Shown: positions 1-13,599, counted from the stretch's first letter. The stretch: DNA of 64,000 bases from Eledone cirrhosa (GCA_964016885.1 OZ024746.1:36890001-36954000); one strand, 5' to 3'. The notes: generated by a model not told the origin, from the sequence alone. Translations and numbers: made by a program.

Positions 1-482
1 TATATATATATATATATATGTTACTTTTTCCTAACGTTTTCGATAAAATATATTTTTCTCTTTCCCTCTCTCACACATTTAATTTCCAACACACGCCCAA
101 TCACCACGTACACATATACATACAGAAGAACTCAAGCAGCACAGGCTCTCTTACTCTTTTTGTTTCTCACAGTTTATTAACATCTCTTCCATGCATATTT
201 GTTGCACATTGTTGTTTCTAGCTGTGACGGAATTTTGTAAAGAAAACTAGGTAAATTCAAATTTAAATTTGCTTTTTTCATAGTCCTCTGTCTCATAGGC
301 AGACAATGCAATGGTTATAACGTGATACCCTACTAAATAAAACACATAATCAGTAAGTCCATATAGCTGAGACTTCTACAAATTTCTTCTGTTAAGAAGA
401 TACGTCATTTGTCTCAATGTCTTCTATTCTATGACGGAGTTCACTTATTGGCTAGCTGCAGTGATAACAATCTACTATATAC

Positions 483-558
<76 letters not shown>

Positions 559-817
559 GATTGATATAATGGAGTAATTATCTGGAAATTAGTATATATA
601 TATATATATAGTAATAATAATAAATGTGAAGTCTAAAATCAAAACAGGACGTGATAAGGATAAATATATATCAAATATATAACAACCCTAGAGCAAATAT
701 TTATTAAAATAATTGATTAAAGTTTAAACAAAGAATCGCTGCATTCACCCTCAACGGGATCCTCTGAAGATCCCATTAAGGGTTAAAGCAGCGATTTTTT
801 GGTTGAAATTGAATCTG

Positions 818-853
<36 letters not shown>

Positions 854-1344
854 AAGAAATTATCTTTATAGGTAATCCAGTTAGAGGCTGTGGATAGTTT
901 ATATATATATAGTTTATATATATATAGTTCATATATATATATAGTTTATATATATATAGTTTATATATATATATAGTTTATATATATATAGTTTATATAT
1001 ATATATATGTATAACAAATTATCGTTATAGGTAATCCAGTTAGTATTGTGGATAGTTTTAGCCTACGGCGTTGTTTGACTCGTCGAGAGGTTTCCTTAGG
1101 TAGCGATTGTTTGATTTCTCGGAAGTTCTCGGGAGTTCCTATGCAAGTTAATCTTGGAGTAATAATAGTGAAAGAGTGATGATTTCGTTAAGCAGGCCAA
1201 TTTGGTTAAGCATGCCAATTTAATTGAGTGACACAACTTCAAATGATTAGCATTTTTAGACAAGTTAATCAATGAAACAATTGTTAATACAGTAAATAAA
1301 ACCTCTCCTTGTACAGTTGACCATGTTATTCTTCAATATTTCAC

Positions 1345-1405
<61 letters not shown>

Positions 1406-1929
1406 GTATGTACTATAGTGAGTTAGCTGAAATGAGATATGGAATCGTTTTCAATAAAGGATAGCCTGTGCTTGGAACACCAATTTCTCATATTGTTAAA
1501 AAGGAATATATGAATTGTAATAGAGTTAACATATACAGAAACTTATATATAAATCATATCTATGTGTATATGCAAAATTGAATATGTGACATATGAATAT
1601 TACATATGTATGTATACGTATGTGAGTAGTGTGTATGTGTGTGTGTGTGTGTACGTGTGTGTGTGTTTATATGTGATTGTTGGTATGCATGTAAGTGTTT
1701 GTATATAACTGCAGAAATGTAAAGAAAATATTACTTTTGTTAGGGGATTTCATCTTAGCATCTTGGTGTCATTATAATATCTGAAATCGCAAATTAATTC
1801 ATTTCAAGTTATTCCCAGTTCCATAAATCCATACATACATATACACATACATACGCACACATTCATTTATGCATGCATACATACACACATACCTACATAC
1901 ATGCATACATACATACATACATACATACA

Positions 1930-1963
<34 letters not shown>

Positions 1964-2025
1964 CATACATACATACATACGTACGTACATACATATTTAC
2001 ATATTGACATATATGCATAGTTAAA

Positions 2026-2558
2026 TCTGTATATATATAACATTAAGTATGTGTGTGTGTGTGTGTCTGTGTATTAATTATAGGGGCCTACATCGTACGA
2101 CCGATTTTCATGAAACTTTACAGGCTCATAGATTAGTCATCGGGGAGTGTTTTCTATATATCAGCGTATCGTTTCTTTTATTCCGGGGTCAGTAAATATT
2201 CAAAAATCAGTCAACCAAATACACAAAATCTTAGTTAAAACAAATTAACGGGAAGTAAATATTGATACCTAAGAAGCAGGACAGAAGGAATTGTTTCCCG
2301 TTGATAGTTACTCTAATCGGTTAAAACAATTGTCACACAATGGCAAATGACTACTTGGTCGCTCTACCAGCTAAAAATACATTGAACAAGATATTTAAGT
2401 AAAATCATCTTAAGAAACATCATCACCATTCTATCATGAGACACTACTAATGAAAAAGAACGAATGTAGGAGAAATATCACTCCATATAATCTTTCACCG
2501 TTAACTCGGCAGACGACATCACTTAATATCTACACTCCTACATCGATCTGTATGTTAA

Positions 2559-2614
<56 letters not shown>

Positions 2615-3850
2615 CTCTCTCTCTCTATTATATATATATAATCTTTCTCTCTATTTTATATATATCTGTATATATATATATACTTATATATGATTTCACT
2701 CAACATTTCGCCATTTGCTACAACTTACGACTGATTTTCTAGAAACTCGCCGGCTCATGAATTTCCAACCAGGTTTTTATTCCTACTTGCACTCCGTTCA
2801 TGTCAGTTCACACTATTGACCTCTACTACAACCGGGTATCAACGATAATTCTTTAACATTTTAAGTCTGCGATAAATGGTTACTTTGTACAATTCGGCTA
2901 TACAGTTCTCTGCATTAATCACTTTCATGGGTGCTATTCCAGATGTGCTTAAACTACTGTTTAGATAATGCCTCTGAAGAAGAGTAACAAAATTGGTCGG
3001 AAAACGGCGCGAGGCAGAAGTATGACAAATAGACGAGTAAGTGAGCTATTAGATGCCTACATAAGACGAACTAGAGGCGCAATTTCCACGGCCGCTGCAC
3101 GCGCTGCTGAAATGGAGGATCGGCGCGCAAGCAGACAGACAAGAGACACTGTGTCGAAGGCCAGTGCACGAGCTTCTGAAAATGAGGGTCAGCGCGTTCG
3201 CAGACAAAGAAGAAACGCAATGTCGTCGGCCAGTGCACGAGTTTCTGAAAATGAGGGTCAGCGTGTTCACAGAAAAGAAGAAACGCAATGTCGACGGCCA
3301 CTGCACGGTCTACGGAGACATTATCCGAAAGGCGTGATCGGTTGCAAAGTAATCTTCAAAGAAGCCTTTCCAGAAATTGTCTTTTTAGGCCTTCCAGCTC
3401 GCGATGGCTACTTAAGGCGTTTGAATATAGCCCAATCTTCAATCATGCCACCCATGCTGATGTGATCATTGGCGATATGTCCACCATTTGCCCCTACTGC
3501 AATACCATGAAGTGGCCAGGTGAACCATATGGGATGTGCTGTGCGAATGGAAAGGTCAGCTTACCTTTCCTCCTTGATCGACCCGAGCCATTGAAGACGT
3601 ATCAGGGAGGTGAAACAGCGGCGTCTAAGCACTTCCTTGAAAATATCCGGAAATACAACTGCGCCTTTCAGATGACATCGTTTGGAGCAAACATTGTTAA
3701 GGAAGATGGTTTCAAGCCTACAATTAAAGTTCAGTGGCAACTGTGTGTGGCCATAGAAGAGTCACCGAGAAACAGTCGCTAAGATCAACACTTTTTCATC
3801 AAAGTAGATATTATTTTACCTACCCAGGCGACGCTGAGTATTGCTGCTAG
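2026..3850 (+). mobile_element. Helitron, internally deleted, both termini present
   Basis: 5' end A|TCTGTATATATATAA followed by (GT)n and CCGATTTTCATGAAAC. 3' end has hairpin TACCCAG-gcgacg-CTGAGTA (3821-3840), then CTAG|T at 3847-3851. Encloses the RepHel N-terminal remnant. Confidence 0.85.
2968..3782 (+). pseudogene. Helitron RepHel N-terminal fragment (zinc-finger region), frameshifted and truncated
   Basis: ORF 3288-3782 has IGDMSTICPYCNTMKWPGEPYGMCCANGKVSLP...SKHFLENIRKYNCAFQMTSFGA...FKPTIKVQ, the typical Helitron N-terminal signature. It joins ORF 2968-3465 across a 1-nt deletion in a 69-bp tandem repeat. Confidence 0.9.
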
Positions 3851-3892
3851 TACATATATATATACACATACATATAGAAATACGCATACATA

Positions 3893-3954
<62 letters not shown>

Positions 3955-4356
3955 CGTCTGTGTGTGTGTGTGTGTGTGGTCGCGCGCGTTTGTATGTATG
4001 TATTCCAGCTATGCCAATTTATTTATAGGCTATGTTAAGCCCATTATATTTTACCAATATTCGCCACTGCTAATTTATACATACCTTATATTGACTACTA
4101 CATACATGAATACATAGCGGCCGATGGGTACTTATTTCTCCATCTTATAAGCTATTTATTGACATCAATGTGCCTGAGCGCACTAAACTAGATATACATT
4201 CATTGATACATAACACATACAAACATCTGATGAAAGCGCACTATAGTTTGCTCTGGTGGCCCTTGAAATATGTATAATGAAATAAATATGGTTTTATAAA
4301 TATAGTTTCCATTTGTTAATATATTGTATATATACATATATATTTATGCAAAAATG

Positions 4357-4445
<89 letters not shown>

Positions 4446-4479
4446 GCAATTTAGTCATTGTTATGTTAAGACCTTTAAG

Positions 4480-4975
4480 TGTTACCAATACTCGGGCGCC
4501 GAGTCTACTTTATACGTACCATTCATTGACGAACGCATCAGCTCTACATAACTCTCCCGGACAAAGTCTGACTTATTCGTCTCTTTCTTCCTACTCCTTT
4601 GATTCAGCGCATGACTTCACCTCTGATACATCACTTCCGTCTACTCCCTGGACACCTGTCACAATTGAACATTCCAATCACTTCCTCCATCTTCCCATCT
4701 CATTTTTGCAAACCCACCGACACACACCCTTACATAAACTTTAATTCCTCATATCTCACCCATGCCAAACTCTTCGACACTATTCCCATTGTTTTGCCTG
4801 TTCCGTCTGTGGAGTCCAACACATTATTTTGTGATTCAGGCTCAAAGCATATATCGACTCTTCACTACCCTGAACTAAGCCGACTTCAGCCATGTCCCTG
4901 GAATTGACCTCAGCAAAGCCTTTCACCTATACTATACACCTTAGACCACCACGGCCCCATCTACCAACCAACTAC
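4480..4975 (+). mobile_element. Degenerate Penelope-like RT thumb fragment
   Basis: ORF 4599 contains CKPTDTHPYINFNSSY...KLFDTIP, resembling the PLE YKPTD.H.YL...S.HP...K.SIP motif. The adjacent frame has HFLHLPIS (FLDL-like). Confidence 0.55.
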
Positions 4976-4994
4976 CATTAATTACCTCATGATG

Positions 4995-5188
4995 GGTAGA
5001 GGGCGGTGGATTGGCAGTCTCGGTAGAGGGTCGGACGCCATGCTTTGCAACAAAGAGTTACGGCCCCTTATGGTCTGAGTTCAAATCCCGCCGAGGTTAA
5101 CTTTGACTTTCATCCTTATGGGGTCGATAAAATAAAGTACCTGTAATGTACTGGAATAAGTGCTGTCCTTGTGCCAAAAGTAGAAATA
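4995..5188 (+). mobile_element. tRNA-derived SINE (Nin/Deu-like central domain) with 18-bp TSD
   Basis: B-box GAGTTCAAATCC and core CTTTTCATCCTTATGGGGTCGATAAAATAAAGTACC. TSD ATTAATTACCTCATGATG at 4977-4994 and 5189-5206. Confidence 0.9.
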
Positions 5189-5754
5189 ATTAATTACCTC
5201 ATGATGCTCGTTTTATTTAATTGTATACAGCCGGATGTATGAGTATGTAAGTAAAATGTAAACAGAAACAACACAGCAAACGACACAGTACAATGGAAAT
5301 ATACAGTAGTATGACGGCAGATATTGTATAAAAAACAGTTTAACGTTTCGGATATTAGTCCATTATCAATAGATATGTGTATCCTTGTGTGTGTACGTTT
5401 GTGCCTGTTTCAATTTACTAGTTTCATATATACACACATATGTACACACATATATATATATAAAATATATACAAATAAAAGACAAAGTTAATAACTCATA
5501 CTGATACCCTGTAATTAACAAGCTGAAAGTATTACTGAGCATATTAATAATATATGTAGTAATAAACACAGTCAATCGTCCGGATTTAATCTGTACGGGA
5601 GAGCTTAAAAGTTGGGTGTATTAAGGCTATATGTTGGGTGTGATAAGGCTATTGTTTCTAGCCGGTCCACTCACACCACTTTTGAATTCTAGCACACGTG
5701 GTGTAATATTCATCCGTGTGACTTTTGGCTTAGGTGTTTGTTTCATTTAATCTA

Positions 5755-5843
5755 ATTCTCCCGCTGATGATGACCATGGATTATCTGTTACAAACACAAT
5801 TCTCAGGGCGAAACAGATTAACTCCCTAATCTGTCAGGGAGAT
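5755..5843 (+). ncRNA. Type I hammerhead ribozyme motif
   Basis: TCTCCC-g-CTGATGA (5764-5770), degenerate stem II, GAAAC (5810-5814), perfect stem III ACAGATTA/TAATCTGT, GTC cleavage triplet (5833-5835), and AGGGAGA closing stem I. Confidence 0.75.
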
Positions 5844-5899
5844 GTAATAGTTATTGAGGCGGTCTGTATATATTTTCTGTATATATATATATATAATAT

Positions 5900-6061
5900 A
5901 ACAAGGGAGATTGGTTACTCCTTCATTAGGCTTATTGGTCTGACGAGCCGCGGTTACAGAGTCGGGTCACATCGATACAGATCCAACTTAGAGCTGATCA
6001 GTGGCCAAACGCGCGTCACCTACCAATAAACGTAATGATGGAGTAACCAATCTTCCTTGTT
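5900..6061 (+). ncRNA. Hammerhead-like motif inside a short inverted-repeat cassette
   Basis: TTATTGGT-CTGACGA-GCCGC...GTGGC-CAAAC (GAAAC variant)-GCGC-GTC-acct-ACCAATAA. Flanked by IR arms 5900-5928 and 6033-6061. Confidence 0.65.
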
Positions 6062-6202
6062 ACTTTATTTCACTATTATACACTCTGTCTAGCTCTACAA
6101 CTCGACACTGAAGTGAACATAAACATCGAGTGCTCACCTGGGTGAATCTGCAGTAACTCCAAGTTACACTCTTTGGAATATATATGTATATATACATATA
6201 TA

Positions 6203-6396
6203 TAACAAAGGAATTGTGGTAAGGAACCAGATGGACCATAACGTACCAGAGTACTCAATACTTAGGGTAGTAGAGTGGGAAATAGGAAAATGTATGACAC
6301 CCGACGGCAGAGCTCAAGCCGTTTCGACGGCTATTTCTGGACTCCAGAAATAGCCGTCGAAACGGTTTCAGCTCTGCCGTCGGTTTCATACATTTT

Positions 6397-6401
<5 letters not shown>
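6203..6401 (-). mobile_element. PLE-type fold-back cassette, family A
   Basis: Near-perfect palindrome 6282-6401 centred at 6342, containing GCCGTCGAAACGG. One-sided tail 6203-6281 is shared with the copies at 10697, 27110 and 40153. Flanked by (TA)n. Confidence 0.75.
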
Positions 6402-6433
<32 letters not shown>

Positions 6434-6438
<5 letters not shown>

Positions 6439-6481
6439 GGAATACTGTTGGCTGCTTGCTACAATATTTTCTATACCTTTC

Positions 6482-6542
<61 letters not shown>

Positions 6543-6663
6543 GATAAATCGATATGTAGATAAATAGATATGTACATATATATCCTAGAAACGATCGTTA
6601 AATAATGAACTTTTTTTGTTTAATATAAGGAACTGTTTCATTGTTTTATTCATTATTTGTTTA

Positions 6664-6761
<98 letters not shown>

Positions 6762-6804
6762 GGAATATTGTTGGCTGCTTGCTACAATACTTTCTATACC
6801 TTTC

Positions 6805-6862
<58 letters not shown>

Positions 6863-6908
6863 TATGGAATATTGTTGGCTGCTTGCTACAATACTTTCTA
6901 TACCTTTC

Positions 6909-6944
<36 letters not shown>

Positions 6945-6970
6945 GAAAGGTATAGAAAGTATTGTAGCAA
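6434..6970. repeat. About 52-bp unit repeated three times with (TA)n spacers, plus an inverted partial copy
   Basis: TATTATGGAATATTGTTGGCTGCTTGCTACAATACTTTCTATACCTTTCATTT at about 6434, 6757 and 6860. Inverted partial AAATGAAAGGTATAGAAAGTATTGTAGCAA at 6941-6970. Confidence 0.9.
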
Positions 6971-7018
6971 TTATATATATATATATACATGGAGAGAGAG
7001 AGAGAGAGAAAGAGAAAT

Positions 7019-7062
<44 letters not shown>

Positions 7063-7063
<1 letters not shown>

Positions 7064-9405
7064 TGTCTTTATTAGCCACTAGGGCACAACAGAAGGGGAC
7101 AAATACAAATGGGGAGTTTACATACAGGAATATGAAAATAAAACTATTAATACAATTACAAATAACAATTGAAATCCCCACTAGGGGGGATGTGTTACAC
7201 AGGTGTTTCACACACCCCGAAAAAATGTACAACTCTCTCTCCAGGAGCGCGAAGAATGAGTACTCCTTTCCTTTCTTCCTCTTTTTACTCAACCTACAGG
7301 CTTATATAGAGAGAAGGGCCAAGCACTCGGGCCATCTTTGCCACATTCACCCACCTTTTATAAAATTTGCTGGGGTACAGCACCTCTCTCTCCATCCTGA
7401 TTCTTCTTCCAAACTGATATTTGAAAAAACGAATCAGTTGCTCGCCGGAGATAAAGGTGTCTGACCTCAGCCTTTTTAACCTCGTCCACCATATAACCTC
7501 TTTCACCATAGCCATAACACATAGGAAAACCACCTCTCCCTCGTTTTTGAAGGAGGGTGGTGGTTTGATCATGACAATGGACTCGGTGGTCAACTGGATT
7601 CGTCCCACCCGCGACAATAGTCGTTCTACATAGCCCCACAGGGCGGTAACGCCAGGGCAGTGTACAAATGTGTGTGCGACGGTTTCCTCGTCGCGCACGC
7701 ATCTCGGAAGATCTTTTTCGAAGGGTCCCTACCCGGGCGCCCATGTCTGTAGAGCTTATCTAGAACTGGTAGTGCTTCTCGGTAGCACTGCCAGGCCAGG
7801 GACATTTGGAAGTTGTCCATTGGTCCCGGGCGGAAGGTCCTACCGAACAGACTGGCCAGTTCGTCCTCCTCTACGCCTAGAGTTTCTCTGAGCGTGTCGT
7901 CGCACTTGCTGCGGACCAACCCTCTATAGAATGTCGAAGTGGAGTCTCCACCGACCGCCCCGCCCGTTTGTTAGAGGACTGTGAGCGCCTGAGCACATTC
8001 GATGTGCCAGTCTCCTATTTTCCTAGGTATTTGCTTGACCCAGGACTGCAGCTCGGTCAGCAAGGCGAGTCGTTGGAAGGCTCGCCTCACGAACGGGGCC
8101 CAAACCGGTTGTCTGGTGAGGAATACGTGGAGGTGCCGCAGCCTGAGTGCGTGTTTGCGCATCGTCAGCCACGGCCACCCCATCCCTGCGTTTGAAGGGT
8201 GTTGGCAGCAGATGGACCTTCTCACCAAAGGAGCCCGTTTCTCCCAAAGGAATTGGAAGAGCACGCGCTCCATGTTGGGGAGCGTTTTGGCTGGACAAGG
8301 CACAACGGTCAAGCGGTAGTAGATGACGGACGCTATAAACGTGTTCGCCACCTCCGCTCGACCTTTCAAGGATAGTTTGCACCCGGCCCACTTCAGGTTG
8401 AGCGCAAACACCTTGGCCGTCACCTCGTTCCAGTTCTACCCCACCTGGAGGTCAGGACCAAACCAGACCCCGAGCAGCTTTACCAGTCCTTCCGTCCAGC
8501 GTCCGACGACGTTATCGGATGGCATCGGTTTGCCTCTCCGCGTTCCGAGTTGCAAACCGACGGATTTGTCCCGGTTCAGCTTCGCTCCTGTGAACCTCTC
8601 GTATTCCTCCAGTAACGTGCCGATCTCCCCGATTTGCGAGGTGCTCGACACCAGTACTGTTAGGTCGTCGGCGTAGGCTGACTCGGCTTTTCGCAGTCAC
8701 GTTCCAAAGGGATGCCCTGCAATAGCTCCAACTTCCGCAGTAGTGGCTCGAGAGTCAGTACGTACAGAAGGGAGGAGAGAGGGCATCCCTGTCGGATGGA
8801 TCGCATGATATGGAACGGCTCCGAGAAGTAGCCGTTCACCTTGACCCTTGAGCAGATGTGGCTGTTGTGCATTGCAGCAATCCAGCGACTGACAGGGGAC
8901 CCAAGCCTGCCGCTTCGAGCACCGCATCCAGGTAACGATGTTCAACCCTATCGTAAGCCTTAGACTGATCCAAGTTGATAAGGGCCCCACCGAAGCCGGG
9001 TTTACACCCTACCCTTTCTATGATGTATCGCATGAGGTGGAGGTTGTCGTGTATGGACCTCGTCGGGATTGTGCATGTCTGCGCTTCTCCCACCAGGTTT
9101 TCGACGACAAGCGCCAGTCTCTTTGCCAACACCTTGGCCAAAATCTGTATCTCTGTGTGGAGCAGAGTTATGGGCCGGAGGTTGCTTATGTCATCCTCCT
9201 TGTTCTCGTCCTTCCTGACTAATTTGATTACGCCCTTGGTCACAGAACTGGGAATCCTCCCGTTCTGCTGCCAGTTGCAGTAGACCGCTTTCAGGAGACC
9301 GGAGAACAAGTCCGGCATGCTACGTAAAATTCGTAGGGTAGACCGTCAAGACCTGGAGATTTGCGTTTGCCGCATTGGCTCAGCGAGTCCCCTATCTCAG
9401 CGGCC
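7063..9405 (-). mobile_element. Tx1/L1-clade LINE, 5'-truncated, frameshifted RT to C-terminal Cys region
   Basis: KSPGLDGLPYEFY, LRPITLL, LDQSKAYDRVEH, IRQGCPLSSLLY, LSLKGRAEVANT and ETVAHTFVHCP across ORFs 7294-9545. AATAAA near the 3' end, which abuts (GA)n. The 5' end abuts (GATA)n. Confidence 0.93.
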
Positions 9406-9418
9406 GATAGATAGATGC

Positions 9419-9493
<75 letters not shown>

Positions 9494-9500
9494 TATAGAT
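9406..9500. repeat. (GATA)n microsatellite
   Basis: Direct reading. Confidence 0.95.
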
Positions 9501-9510
9501 AGATATAATA

Positions 9511-10070
9511 GTGAGTAAAGTCGCAGTTGCATCTGCGATTAGCAATTTTCGAAATCAATCTTCTAAGGCTGGCACAAAGCACCCAATAAGGTGATATCGA
9601 TAAATCTATAAATTATAGCTAAGAGTAATAACAATACGTTAGGAGTTTGACACACTATACATTGTGACCGGAGACACGTTGCCATAAGGCTGCAATAACA
9701 ACGAAAAGAGAAAAGGGCATGGGTGTGTGTCCTTTCCATATTAGAATCCATAGTATTCTGAATGCTATACGCTCGCAAGGTTACAGGAAGAAATGTTATC
9801 CAATTTAAAGCTCTCTATTTTAATTTAGTCTGATTTAATCCCTCTTATGACCTAGCCACCGATAAATTAGTCATCTCTCCCTGATGCGCGAAGTCGCCGG
9901 ATGGTCAGTCAGAAGACCTTATTTACTGATTTGATGTTGGATTCCAGCTTAACCCCACATCCGGGATATACCATATACTAATTTCTATAAACACACGTAC
10001 CCGATTATCCTACTGATCAACTTATCTGTGCAATCAGAGTAATGGGTTGTATTTTTAACGTGCTGATCTG
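9511..10070 (+). pseudogene. Decayed coding-like segment, unknown product
   Basis: Manual translation of one frame gives YTLARLQEEMLSNLKLSILI*SDLIPLMT*...RMVSQKTLFTDLMLDSSLTPHPGYTIY*...THVPDYPTDQLICAIRV with scattered stops. No family recognised. Confidence 0.3.
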
Positions 10071-10637
10071 GTTATATCATCGCGCACGCGGGCGCGTCGT
10101 GTGTGTCTGCCTATAGTTAATTATACATGTAGATATGTTTGTGAAGGAATATGTGTGTATACGTTATGTGTGTATACGTTACATGTCGCTTGCTATCATA
10201 ATGATGGTGGGATTTCGTAAGACAGCCTTCACTTTTAACCAATGCAGCATATACATTTTTCTTGCAATTTTCTTCATATAAATCCACTGTGCTCAATTTC
10301 CTACTCACTTTTTCTCTCTTTCATTCTCTTTCTTTTAAATATTTCATTCAATAATTCCACAATTTTACTTCCTTTTCTTTGCATACATGTTCACGCAAAC
10401 CTTTTCCCTTTATCTCTATCTCTCTAGCAACAACAGACCATATACGTCTGGTGCTTTCTACATTATTTCACAGAACTGCTTTATCCCTAACTAACACATT
10501 CTTCTCAATATTTTCCTTGCAGTTCTCTGATTTTCTGATATGACACAGATTCTGCTTTTTCTCTCATTTTTCACCCAACCACATTTATTTATATATGCAT
10601 ATGTATTTATATATATATATATATATGTAAACACATA

Positions 10638-10696
<59 letters not shown>

Positions 10697-10701
<5 letters not shown>

Positions 10702-11467
10702 AACGAGTAGGACCCCGACGGATGAGCTCAAGCCGTTTAGACGGCTAATTCTGGACTAAATGAACATTTTTATCCTGGTATTTGAATAGCCGAGCTTCTC
10801 AAGGGGTAATTCCATATATGGTCAAAGTGATTGTCACAGGGATTGGTCAAAAGTTTGTTGTTGAGACATAGTAATTCTATGATGGCAATTTGTGGAGGGA
10901 AGGGGTAGCTAAACCTGCCAGTAGGAGGAAGAGGGAGAGGGGTGAAGGAGACCCATTCATGCGTTGATAGTGCCGACTTTTTTTTTACATTTAATTGTTT
11001 TTAACACTCTCAGTATTATTCTATGTATTTACTCCTTATTGTTCTACTTACTGTTTCGACTTTCTCCCCCTCCCTAGTGTCTTCTTTGACCTCATGCCCA
11101 GCTGTAGTCGGCACTATCAACGCATGAATGGATCTCCTCCACCCCATCTCCCTCTGTCTCCTACTGACAGGTTTAGCTACCCCTTCCCTCCACCAATTGC
11201 CATCATATAATTACTATGTCTCAACAACAAACTTTTGACCAATCCCTGTGACAATCACTTTGACCATATATGGAATTACCCCTTGAGAAGCTCGGCTATT
11301 CAAATACCAGGATAAAAACGTTCATTTAGTCCAGAATTAGCCGTAGAAACGGCTTGAGCACAGCCGTCGGGGTCCTACTCATTCCTATTACCCACTCTAC
11401 TACCCTAAGTATTGTGTACTTTGGTGCGTTATGGTCCACCTGGCTCCTTACCACATTTCCTCCGTTA
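10697..11467 (+). mobile_element. PLE-type fold-back cassette, family A (longest copy), with hammerhead-like motif
   Basis: About 280-bp inverted arms 10697-10978 and 11106-11388, then a tail to about 11467. Right arm has ACCCC-ttgaga...CGGCTA...TAGCCG-ta-GAAAC-GGCT...AGCC-GTC-GGGGT. (TA)n on both sides. Confidence 0.8.
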
Positions 11468-11552
11468 TATATATATATATATATATATATATGCATATGT
11501 GTTTATATATATGCATATGTGTTTATATATATATATATATATATGCATATGT

Positions 11553-11600
<48 letters not shown>

Positions 11601-11674
11601 TTATATATATATATATATATATATATTTATTAAAATAACAGATTTTTCTTCAAATTTATTATTATTATTATATA

Positions 11675-11812
11675 GTTACGTCCTTTATGATCTGAGTTCA
11701 AATCCCGCCGAGGTTGACTTTGCCTTTCATCCTTACGGGGTCGATAAAATAAAGTACCAGTAATGCACTGGGTGATTGCTGGCCTTGTGCCTAAAGTAGA
11801 AACAATTATTAT
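11675..11812 (+). mobile_element. Nin/Deu-type SINE, 5'-truncated
   Basis: GAGTTCAAATCCCGCCGAGG...TTTCATCCTTACGGGGTCGATAAAATAAAGTACCAG. Confidence 0.9.
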
Positions 11813-11913
11813 ATATAAACACATCTGCATACTTGACACTTGCATTTTATGCTTTTATATATATATATATATATATATACAGGTGGATAGATATATAAGT
11901 ATGTGTGCGTATG

Positions 11914-11949
<36 letters not shown>

Positions 11950-11970
11950 CAGAGAGAGAGAGAGAGAGAG

Positions 11971-12012
<42 letters not shown>

Positions 12013-12299
12013 GGGGAGGGGCAGAGACAGATAGAGAAGTACGTAGATAGAAAATTACAGAAAAGGCAGCGAAACTAAGAGAAACAGGGGACTGTAAAGT
12101 TAGGTTTGTAGATATGCTTGACTTAATAGGTAGTTGAATGTACGAGATAAGAGGCGGTTGTTGTACCATGTGGGAGGAAGAATTGGAGGTTGGGTTATCA
12201 GTGTACCCCGCGTCAACCAATCATGTTGCTTTACGAAAAAGGTCATGCACAAATTATTTTTATGTATGTAAGTTATGCTTATATATATATATATATTTA

Positions 12300-12421
<122 letters not shown>

Positions 12422-12434
12422 CATATATAATATG

Positions 12435-12472
<38 letters not shown>

Positions 12473-12486
12473 ATATGTATATATAT

Positions 12487-12541
<55 letters not shown>

Positions 12542-12636
12542 CATAACTTACATACATAAAAATATATATATATACATATATACATATATATATATAAGCA
12601 TAACTTACATACATAAAAATAATTACATACATAAAA

Positions 12637-12707
<71 letters not shown>

Positions 12708-12950
12708 CAAACATATATCTTCATTTGAATTATCGTAAATTATTTCTCATTTTGTCATTGGGTGCTTATATTTATATTGTATTATTATATTCTGTAGGCC
12801 TGTTAATGTAATAATTTAATATCTTTAATGAAATAATTTAATATCTTTGATTTTAACGTTAATTGAATCTGACTTGTGTGTGACAAAACACAAATGGTGC
12901 CATATACTTTCTATATGGAGAATATGTGATGTTTGAAAGTATATTTTCAG

Positions 12951-13321
12951 TCTGGAAATAAAGTAATGCGAAACTCGTGAAACAAAAATATTTAGCCCGG
13001 TATTCAAATGTTAAACTTGCAGCCGAACAACTCTCTAAAAGAATATATGGAATCAAAGATCGGCTCACGCCTGAAGACAAAAACAGTAATTCAATATTTA
13101 TCTCTATTTATACATTTTCTGAGAATAATGATTCCTTATTTTACTCTACTAAAATAAGTGATATACCTGTTATTGGGCACTTGCAATACGACGCCCGGAT
13201 ACCAATATTATTCAACTATTCTGCTCTACGCAACGAATTCATTTTTAGTCACAGCAGGTATCTTGATGACAAAACGCACCCTCAAAAGGAATGGCATTCA
13301 AATTAGCTTACCTTATAGAGA
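12951..13321 (+). pseudogene. Exon-like decayed coding segment, unknown product
   Basis: Acceptor TTTTCAG| at 12950, non-repetitive 109-aa ORF 12977-13306, donor |GTAAGT at 13322. In-frame stops near both ends. Next acceptor TTCACAG| at 13441. Confidence 0.4.
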
Positions 13322-13599
13322 GTAAGTAACTTAATTATTAAAAACTGTTTTCATACGCATATACACACACACACACATATGAGTGATAGTGCTCAGGCTC
13401 TTGTGTGTGTGTGTGTAATGTTTTACGTTCTTCATTCACAGGACTATGACCATTCTGCGACACCACCTTCATTTAGTCGGCCATATAGCGCAATTATTCT
13501 ATTTCAAGTGTGCTAATTATAGTCCCACTTTCTTTCGGCTACTAGCTAAACATAACTTACACAGACTCGTATATACAACTCTCTCTCTCTGTCTCTCTT

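Noticed and set aside
848-1058. 50-bp duplication with (ATAGTTT(AT)n) units, and a 23-bp tandem duplication at 48133-48180
   Set aside because: Ordinary slippage products.
2265-2340. Possible hammerhead remnant (AAAACAATTGTC), with a similar one near 1274
   Set aside because: No recognisable CTGANGA core or closing stems.
6434-6912. Repeat-spacer-repeat pattern resembling CRISPR
   Set aside because: The spacers are (TA)n or TE fragments, the context is eukaryotic, and there are no cas genes.
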